Below are positions 56,215 to 64,000 of a DNA stretch of 64,000 bases, one piece after another (within the stretch, counting starts at the first letter, position 1; each line of letters opens with the position of its first letter). The stretch spans positions 3,968,001 through 4,032,000 of the forward strand of contig CBFFSA010000001.1 of the NCBI GenBank assembly GCA_965644495.1, read 5' to 3'. This DNA comes from Perkinsela sp. CCAP 1560/9. Its lineage: Eukaryota; Protista; Euglenozoa: Kinetoplastea. The notes under the pieces are model-generated. The model was given only the letters and a program-made list of their open reading frames with translations. It made no database searches and had not been told where the DNA came from. The position numbers and the translations under genes were made by a program.

Positions 56215-59016
56215 CAGGGGTCCGAATAACTATAAAACTTTATTATAGGTACTTTAAAGTAACTATATTTATTTTTCCCTACCTTTATCTACCTTTATTT
56301 TTTTGTCAATGATTTACGCTGTAATCGTACTATTTTTGTGAAATTTTTCAATGCCTAGACCCTCAGATAGCAACCCAGAAAGTCGCGCTGAATTTGTTGA
56401 GTCTCACTATAAGGAGGTGGAGGCTGGAAAGCGGGTATATGAATGTCAACTCTGCAATGCACCGGACAAGCGGAAATTTTTTTGCGAAAAAGGTATTCGC
56501 ACGTCATACTCTTCTGCCCTGAGCCATATAGAAAAGATTCATGAAAAAACATTCGAAGCATGGCTGCAGGAGAAGCGAGCCAGAAAGCGCGAGACGGAAA
56601 ATACTGTTGACAGCTTGATGTCAAGTCCAATAAAGCTTTCGAAGGTGTTCGAAAAGATGATCAAATGGAAGTGTGATCATGGAGTGTCGAACGCGGCCAT
56701 TCAGGATCCACTTTTCAAATGGTTGATGAACGTGGGTTCGTCCTTTGTACCTTGTGATAAAACAATAAACAGTTTCACGCTCCAAGTAAAAGACAACTGC
56801 CGTGCTGAAATGAGCGCTCTCCTTCGTAATAAATTTGTAACAATTGCTGCAGACACTGGTACTTCCCATGGTCGAACAACGTGTTCAGTATGCGTTCTGA
56901 GTTCTGGAAATGCCACAAGCTGGAGTCTGGCGGTAGTGGAAAACTTGGAAGCAGAAACGTTCAGACAACTGTTCAACAATGTAATCGTTGAGCTTAAGAA
57001 ATATCAAGTTAAAGTGGCTCACATCGTTACTGATGCCTTTTCCGCGATAAAGAAGGGCGCTCGCGAATCTGCTAAAGAATACAACGCGTCATACAGTGTG
57101 TGCTCTGTACATTCTTTGCAATTATGTATGGAATCAATTTTTAAAATAGAGAACAAAGAGCGCATAATAAGCATTGCACAGGATTGTCCCGGGTGGAAGG
57201 CACCCTGCATGACTCGCTGGTGGTCTACGTTAATTGAAGTAGAGAAGGTTTTGAAATGTGCATCATGGGAAGAGCACGCCAAAAAGGGTGAGCTGAAGGA
57301 ATGGTTGGACCTTTTCAAGCCTTACCGCGCAATTGGTCGCATTATGGAGCGTGACCATTGTTCAGTTGCTTCAGGACTCCGCATGTGGCTAGCAGTTCAA
57401 AGTCAGGCTAAGCCATCCCACCGACTCATTTTATATGACCGCTTGATTCGTGTTTTGCGGGTAGAGCACGTGATTATAGGAATACTATCTCCGCTGATAG
57501 AGTGGTCGTCAATGCACATTCGAAATATCCGAAACCTACGGGGGATTTGTCTCCCCCTTTTGTGCTCATTGTCAGGCGACGTAAGCGGCAACTCCGAATA
57601 CAAAGTGATCGATGAGGTGAATAAATGGTGTTGTGGTGATCATCAAAACGATGAAGTAGAAACTATCCGTCTATATAACGACAAAAGCTCTTTTCAATCA
57701 TTTTGGTCGGATCTTGTGACCCGACATACGTTTCCCCTTCTGTCACACGTTGCTCGAAAATTGTCGGTCGCAGTTACTTCTGAAGCAGCCTGCGAGCGCA
57801 TATTTAGCTCAGTAGGCTTTGTGCACTCCGATCTTCGCTCAAGACTGAAGCCTGAACTTGAGGCTGAAACTGCCATTCGATGTCATGAAAAGCAACCTGT
57901 AGACGTCACAAATTGTGATGTGAGCAATTCTTCTACTATTTCTGAGGAACAGCCAGCTTCTATTGACAATTGTCGCTTTGAAGACTTTATCAGTCACGAT
58001 ATGCTATCTACGAACGAGTTGCTTCTTGTAGAGTCACTCTTTGACGCTGGAGACCTCTGCGGAAGAATTCAAAATAAAACAAACCGATACCGAGTTGTGC
58101 ACCGAAATACGAGATACTATCATCCCAAGATGGGGACGTGTGAAATTAACGGTATTAAACAAATAAAGTGCAAAAGCTCGACTGCTGAGATGGCGCGTGA
58201 AATTGTGCTGGATGTGGCAGCAATTCACTCGGACTTTCGTCTAGAAAGTGCGCAGTAAAAAGAACGAGCCGTGGCAGAGCCTTCTTTGGTAAAAAACTAC
58301 GTAACCTGAGATTTTGAGTCTGTGCGTATTTTCTTTCGTTTTATTTTTAGCTTCTGACATTGTTGCATTCTGACTTTCGCCTAGAAAGCGAACAGTAAAA
58401 TGAGCGAGCTGTGCGCAGAGCCTTCTTTGATAAAAATATTGCAACCTGAGATGTTGCGTTTCAATAAATTTCGTCATTCATCCATACAACAAGAGGTAAA
58501 CGTATAAACTATTTATACCTGTTTTTAACCTTATCGTGAGCAAATAAATGTATCTTTGCTTATGGTAAAATGCTGTTGTTTTAGATGACCAGTCAATAAT
58601 AATAAATTTCTTACTCTTCCTTTTGATAACATTGACTAATCTCTTCTTACACCTTCTCATTACTTTTGATGCGCATGGCTTGTCAACGATGATTAGAGCA
58701 GGCCTGGAACGCCTGAAGTGTTTTCCACATCTGATGCTGATGAAACTTGATCGTCATGTTCTGCCTGAAAACTATAGCTCTGCAAGATTTTTTCTATATA
58801 TATTTTAGGTAAGCAGAAAAACCATTCCCTCCAACAAGGCATACTCTCCCCGATCCGAGCACCCAGATTGCACAGATTTCCCACCGAAATTTCACAAAAA
58901 GTCGACCTCTAAAAATATAGGTACATAAAGCTTTAAAGGTACTATAGGTACTTTATAGTAACTATATTTATTTTTTCTACCTATATATAAACTATATAAA
59001 GTTATTCGGACCCCTG
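56215..59016 (+). mobile_element. Full-length hAT DNA transposon
   Basis: Perfect 17-bp TIR CAGGGGTCCGAATAACT; 8-bp TSD TTTTGTAC at 56207-56214 and 59017-59024; subterminal TAGGTAC/TAACTATA repeats. Confidence 0.96.
56351..58258 (+). CDS. hAT transposase, uninterrupted
   Basis: BED finger (CQLC..HIEKIH), AADTGT, VTDAF, CSVH, TRWWS, SEAACERIFS dimerisation motif. Confidence 0.94.
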   Translation: MPRPSDSNPESRAEFVESHYKEVEAGKRVYECQLCNAPDKRKFFCEKGIRTSYSSALSHIEKIHEKTFEAWLQEKRARKRETENTVDSLMSSPIKLSKVFEKMIKWKCDHGVSNAAIQDPLFKWLMNVGSSFVPCDKTINSFTLQVKDNCRAEMSALLRNKFVTIAADTGTSHGRTTCSVCVLSSGNATSWSLAVVENLEAETFRQLFNNVIVELKKYQVKVAHIVTDAFSAIKKGARESAKEYNASYSVCSVHSLQLCMESIFKIENKERIISIAQDCPGWKAPCMTRWWSTLIEVEKVLKCASWEEHAKKGELKEWLDLFKPYRAIGRIMERDHCSVASGLRMWLAVQSQAKPSHRLILYDRLIRVLRVEHVIIGILSPLIEWSSMHIRNIRNLRGICLPLLCSLSGDVSGNSEYKVIDEVNKWCCGDHQNDEVETIRLYNDKSSFQSFWSDLVTRHTFPLLSHVARKLSVAVTSEAACERIFSSVGFVHSDLRSRLKPELEAETAIRCHEKQPVDVTNCDVSNSSTISEEQPASIDNCRFEDFISHDMLSTNELLLVESLFDAGDLCGRIQNKTNRYRVVHRNTRYYHPKMGTCEINGIKQIKCKSSTAEMAREIVLDVAAIHSDFRLESAQ

Positions 59017-59475
59017 TTTTGTACATTAGCCCTCCCTTCATTACTCTATGGGCGCTTAAGCAAATATTTATAGTTAACATCTCATAATTATCATCCTCGC
59101 TTACCCGCAATCTATCCTTACAGCGAAACAAATTGGTTCATCCTATCATCTAAAGTGTTGTATATCACCCTCCTTCCACCTACCCTCTCTCATTAATTTT
59201 TATAATTATAAATATAAATATATATTTTTATTTTTGTTATAATTTATACTCATAAAAATTAATGAGAGGGGGAGTAAAAAATTGTATTCGAAATTTTTTT
59301 GCTACCTATTATAGAGAAAACCCAAAAATTAGATGAAAAGCAATTCCCTACTAACTAACCAATTCGTTAGTTACTCAACCTCCGCAATTCATCTACTCTT
59401 TTCTAAAACTCATTTCCAAAAACCAATACACACAAAACGATCCCTACACCTTTTTTTCCTTCCTTTTTTCCTCCC

Positions 59476-60237
59476 ATGCCTTTCCCCTTTCCCTCCCCCT
59501 TTCCCTCCCTTCTTGTCCTCACCAAGGACACCTCCCCCTCCCCTCCCTCCTCCTCCTCCTCCTCCCATTCCCGTCTCGGGAAACTCCGCGCGGCCTCCGC
59601 GCCCCCGGAGTACCAACTCACCCTTCTCATCGCGGATCTCCAACACAACCAATCCACCTGGGTCACCGAGACCCCCGCCGCCTCCTGGCGCGGCATCACG
59701 CTCCACGAAGCCAACCCCGGGGAGATTGTCGAGATCCAGTGGGAGGGGTTCGGTCTCCGCGGGTCGCTTAACTGGGCCCACCTCCCCAAAACCTTAACCA
59801 AGTTGGATCTCTCCCTCAACAGTATTGAGGGCTGTGTGGAGACCTCACTGCTGCCACCCCCGCTGGTGGAGCTGGATCTGAAACGGAATTACTTTTTCCG
59901 TAGTCTGGATCTAACCGTGCTCCCCGGGGGGCTACGCACGGCAGAGTTTGGGGTGAATAATTTATCCGGACCGGTCGCGTTGCACGCGCTTCCGCGTGCG
60001 ATGCGGTTCTTGTCGTTGGAGGGGAATAAGTTAAACGGGGAGGTGAGTTTGCGAGGGCTTCCGCATCATTTGCGGACGCTCTTGCTGCGGGATAATTTGT
60101 TTACGGGGGAAGTGAATCTTGAGGAGATGCACGAGGGATTGGATGTTAATTTGTCCGGGAATCGGTTTACGGGGTATCTTCCAAAAGGAGATCTTCCGAA
60201 TGGTGTTGTGTGGGGAAAACAAGACGAAGTAGAGTGA
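59476..60237 (+). CDS. LRR protein, member 9
   Basis: SRLGKLRAASAPPEYQL leader, W...TPAASWRGI cap, LRRs. Confidence 0.9.
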   Translation: MPFPFPSPFPSLLVLTKDTSPSPPSSSSSSHSRLGKLRAASAPPEYQLTLLIADLQHNQSTWVTETPAASWRGITLHEANPGEIVEIQWEGFGLRGSLNWAHLPKTLTKLDLSLNSIEGCVETSLLPPPLVELDLKRNYFFRSLDLTVLPGGLRTAEFGVNNLSGPVALHALPRAMRFLSLEGNKLNGEVSLRGLPHHLRTLLLRDNLFTGEVNLEEMHEGLDVNLSGNRFTGYLPKGDLPNGVVWGKQDEVE

Positions 60238-60531
60238 CACGAACGAAGCACTAAGAAATACTTTTCTTGAGATACGTTCTTTAATTTCAGTTTTTTGTAC
60301 AGATCACGAAACAAAGACCCGGTTAAGGCTAACCCGTAGCTCGTTATTATATCAAGGGTACACTAAACCGGACGGTGGTTTAAGCTTTCAATAAGCTAAT
60401 ATTGTATTCGAACGCTTCACCTCAGCTTTTGTCAAATGAGAAATTGTGAATCAGTATTTTAAACAAATCTAATTTATTTCTCCCCTGTAGCTCTTAGCAT
60501 AAAGGTTTTTAGATACGTAAATCTTCGCAGT

Positions 60532-61191
60532 ATGTGCATCTCACGCTTTTTGACTTCTGAATCTTCACCTCTTCCTCGTTTGGGGCGCGTCAGCCTCGTT
60601 TCGCAGCCGCATGAAATAATGCTTTCCATATTCGTCAAAGACTTAAGTACGATCCATGGGAGCTGGAATACCTCAAATCCGGCATGCAACTGGGATGGGG
60701 TAGATTGTGATGCCAAAGGAGATGTGACAGTCATACGGTGGTACCGTCGTAATTTACTCGGTTGTTTACATTGGTATTCTCTTCCTCGTACTCTACGAGA
60801 ACTAGACTTATCTAACAATCATTTAAATGGTCTTGTTTCCTTGGGTGAGCTCCCACACCATTTACAGAAGTTGCGTTTGCATAATAATGAATTCACGGGG
60901 CAGCTTCATTTTGAAAAGTGTCCCCCGACGTTAACAATTCTGGACTTAGAGGGCAATCGGTTTCAAGGCGAAGTTAACCTTGAATCACTACCTGAAACAC
61001 TGCAACATTTCGAAATTTCTAAAAACCCGAGCCTATATGGTTGGTATAGCGCAAGAAAGTTACCTCCGCTTTTAAATACGCGTAGATTTAGAGACACAGG
61101 CATTTGCCGAAGCCCCTCCACGGCAGAGTACGCAGCGATTACGTATGCAGTGTTGATGCTGTTATGTATTGTGCACATGCATTTTACGTAG
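60532..61191 (+). CDS. LRR protein, member 10, with C-terminal hydrophobic segment
   Basis: PRLGRVSLVSQPHEIML leader, W...NPACNWDGVDC cap, tail YAAITYAVLMLLCIV. Confidence 0.9.
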   Translation: MCISRFLTSESSPLPRLGRVSLVSQPHEIMLSIFVKDLSTIHGSWNTSNPACNWDGVDCDAKGDVTVIRWYRRNLLGCLHWYSLPRTLRELDLSNNHLNGLVSLGELPHHLQKLRLHNNEFTGQLHFEKCPPTLTILDLEGNRFQGEVNLESLPETLQHFEISKNPSLYGWYSARKLPPLLNTRRFRDTGICRSPSTAEYAAITYAVLMLLCIVHMHFT

Positions 61192-61326
61192 CAGAACCCC
61201 CCCTTTGCTCGCAACCCCCCTTTGCTTTATACCGTCGACGCACTTTATTTGAAAGCTTTGTTGGTGAACACATTGAATTTGAGAACATTAAATTGAATTT
61301 TTTTCTTCTTAAAACATTTTTTGGTA

Positions 61327-61644
61327 CTGTCCCTTTCATAAATAATTATAAATTTGCCAGAATTTATAACGCTGCCATATTTATATTTATTTATGATTTA
61401 TAATTTCTTGACGCTATAATTATAATTTTTTTGGGGGTAAATTTGTCACTTTTTTTTTATTTTCCATGGATTTCTTTTGCAGAAGTTGAGAAAAAGTCCA
61501 AAGTTATTCATAAAAAAATGGACAACATGGTAAAAAAAATGTAAAATCCGTAACTTTCGTATCATAAATAATTATAATTATAAATATAATTATAAATCCA
61601 AAAGTTTTATATTTTATAATTATAATTATTTATGAAAGGGACAG
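61327..61644. mobile_element. AT-rich TA-flanked MITE
   Basis: TA|CTGTCCCTTTCATAAATAATTATA ... TATAATTATTTATGAAAGGGACAG|TA. Confidence 0.85.
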
Positions 61645-61649
61645 TATCG

Positions 61650-62300
61650 TGGTAGTTCCGATGAGTACTCATCCAAAGTACCATTGCCTCCTAGAGGGAT
61701 GTGGTAGTTTCGATGAGTACTCATCCAAACTACTATCACCGCCCTCCGACGAAAATGGAAGTACTCATCCAAACTACCACAGATCGCGTTGCAAAGGTAG
61801 TTTGGATGAGTGCTCATCGAAACGACCTCTTCACATGGTAGTTTGGATGGGTGCTCATCGAAACGACCTCTGCACATGGTACTTTGGATGAGTACTTTCT
61901 TCCGTGGCGCATCCGCGGTCACCAAAAAATATAATTATGTCCCAGGGCTACGCTCACAGTTGGGCCTTGCTCGCAAAAGGGGGCTTTTGCCTCTAGACGT
62001 GGGCTTCGCTCACAGTCGGGCCTGGCCTCCAGACAGGTAAACTGGGTGTCGCTGTCGTGGGCTACGCTCACAGTTGGGCCTTAGGTGACGAAGCGTCGGA
62101 AAATACACAATCCTTCGGAAGGGTCAGACGTTCGTAATGTAGTGTCGTGGAAAAGTACTCATCCAAACTACTATGTGCAGAGGTCGTTTCAATGAGTACT
62201 CATCCAAACTACCATGTGCAGAGGTCGCTTCGATGAGTACTTTTTTTCAGAAAACTAAAAATTCGTTTCGATGAGTATTCATCCAAACTACTGCAATGCC
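61650..62300. repeat. Cluster of palindromic GATGAGTACTCATC-core repeats in both orientations
   Basis: About 10 copies of GGTAGTTT(C/G)GATGAGTACTCATC(C/G)AAAC-like units around a GC-rich core containing GGGCTACGCTCACAGTTGGGCCTT repeats. Confidence 0.85.
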
Positions 62301-62464
62301 CATTTTTTTGGTGTATTTTGGACTTTTTACTTTTTTTGTATCTTTCCTCATTTTTTTGATATTTTCATAGTCTTGACATAGCTTTTGCAGATTTACTATT
62401 TCAGATTATTATGTTATTTATTATGTTATTTTTTAACATTAAAATGGGCTCATCAAACAGTAAA

Positions 62465-63187
62465 TTTCTTTTTTAGGCTCTTCGTTAAACGCGGTGGTCG
62501 TTTTCAACCTAGAAGTCACTCATGCTGCGCTCTTCGCGTAGAAAACTACCACCGCGTTTAACGAAGAGCCTAAAAAAGAAAAATCGCGAAAAGATCATGA
62601 CTAATCTTTTTTTGGGGGAAAAAACCCGATTTTTCGGCGAAAAATGCGAAAATTTGGCCCAAATTTAAGCCGTTTTTGATGCCTTACCAGTAGAGTCAGG
62701 AGGCGAATCTGACGAAACAAACGTCGTAGAATGGTAGCTGGGGTCCCAAACTCCTAAAACACGTTTTAGGAGTCGATTTTGGAAAAATAATATTTTTACT
62801 TTTTTTTGGGTCAATTTTTTTTGGGGGTCACCCCAAAAATTTCGGAAATTTTGACCTTCCTCCTGCGCGTACCAGGGGATGGGGTACCCCCATGGGGGGG
62901 GGGGGGGGGGGGAATTATCGCCGCGGCCTACTCTACCACTTCCCTGCGCTCGATTTCGAAAAACAAAAAATTCGAAAAAAAGAAATCGCGACGTATGCCC
63001 CCCCCCTGGACCCCCCCCATGGACCCCCCATTTTTTTCAATTTTGTTTTTCAGTTTTGGTCCACCGGAGCCCCCTTTTATATTTTTTTCTTCTATTATAT
63101 TACTGTGTTCCTCTTTATATTTTCACTGTTTTTGTTCACTTTTTTTCTATAATCGAGGGTAGAGCGGTAGTTATACAACCACTGCAA
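62465..63187. mobile_element. Hairpin-ended A^T element, subfamily B
   Basis: A|TTTCTTTTTTAGG ... CAACCACTGCAA|T; same ends as subfamily A but a different middle. Confidence 0.9.
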
Positions 63188-63311
63188 TATCAACAATATC
63201 ATACATCGTTACTTAGAAAATGCAGTTATATTTCATAGGTTTACCATTTCATATTATTGTATTAGCTTTCTCATTACTATGGGCTCATCAAACAACAATT
63301 GAGCTGTCATA

Positions 63312-63678
63312 CAGTGGTTTCAAGATATCTTCCCCCCGGGGGAATTTTGAGTTTTTTTATTTGTTTTTTCTCATTTTTGCAGCATTGGATAGATCTCGTT
63401 TCTCTGGTGAAGCGCTTTGCTACCTTTTTATGTAGGGGCCCCCTGGTACCCCCTGGGTCCAAAACACATGGTTTGGACTTCATTCCAAGGTTCGTATTTA
63501 TCAAAAATCTTGTTTTGGCTGTTTTTCGGGTCACCATATGAGCACTACGGGGTCCCTGTGAAAAGAGAGGTGCCAAAGCGCTTCACTGGGGGAACGAGAT
63601 CTCTCGTTTGCAACAAAAATGAGCAAAAACGGACACAAAGACTCAAAATTCGCAGGGGGGGTACAATTGAAACCATTG
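63312..63678. mobile_element. TA-flanked MITE, inverted copy of 10623-10988
   Basis: TA|CAGTGGTTTCAAG ... TTGAAACCATTG|TA. Confidence 0.88.
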
Positions 63679-63929
63679 TATTTTGTACACAGAAATACTA
63701 TGCACAGAAAAATAAATTCACTAAATTTTCGTAAAACGAATTCTCGTTCAATTTCCCCCAATAATTACTAAACCGCAATATTTACCTCCGCAATTCGAGG
63801 CTAAAGCAACCACCGCACTTTGTTCCCCCATCTCATTTTACCCCCTACTCTCCTAAAACCCGCATTTCACCCTTCCTTTTTCATCAAACCCTTTTCTTCT
63901 CTCATCCCCCTTCCCCTCCTCCTCCCCCC

Positions 63930-64000
63930 ATGTCTTCTCTCCTCTTCACCCTCCTCCTCTCCCTTCTCCTCCCCATCCTCCCCACCCTCGACGACGCCTC
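63930..64000 (+). CDS. Start of a gene with a hydrophobic leader (runs off window)
   Basis: ATG after a pyrimidine tract; MSSLLFTLLLSLLLPILPTLDDA. Confidence 0.55.
   Translation, partial: MSSLLFTLLLSLLLPILPTLDDA

Larger units (their letters stand above)
55908..59274. mobile_element. Stowaway-like TA-flanked element hosting the hAT transposon
   Basis: TA|CTCCCCCTCTCATTAATTTT ... AAAATTAATGAGAGGGGGAG|TA. Confidence 0.85.

Noticed and set aside
61650-61900. CRISPR array
   Set aside because: Eukaryotic context, no cas genes, repeats change orientation and spacers are short, irregular and partly repeated.
62444-63294. 16-bp direct repeat ATGGGCTCATCAAACA as TSD of the hairpin element
   Set aside because: The copies do not abut the element ends; they probably belong to the surrounding sequence.

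Overview
Eukaryotic, most likely kinetoplastid, DNA. All recognisable host genes are intronless, lie on the + strand in one directional cluster and mostly follow pyrimidine tracts. The two HSP10 genes closely resemble trypanosomatid mitochondrial HSP10; a Perkinsela-like or bodonid source is only an inference. Host genes: a phosducin-like/TXNDC9 protein, two HSP10, HSP60, a COA3-like protein, a degenerate NAD-GPDH, several low-complexity hypothetical proteins and ten members (one disrupted) of a short plant-type LRR family with a shared N-terminal leader motif. Intergenic DNA is packed with nested mobile elements: an apparently intact hAT transposon (8-bp TSD), Tc1 and pogo remnants, many TA-flanked MITEs, CRE-like retrotransposon fragments and Ulp1-like protease remnants. 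The most unusual feature is a 0.7-0.95 kb non-coding element family. It inserts at A^T without a TSD and has one fixed end (..ACCGCAA) and one long hairpin end whose outer arm varies in length and copies the element's own inner sequence, suggesting rolling-circle transposition with fold-back synthesis. Also notable are a C-rich to G-rich skew flip inside many genes and a spliced-leader-like motif at the start of an insertion that breaks an LRR gene. All calls are by eye; no searches were run.
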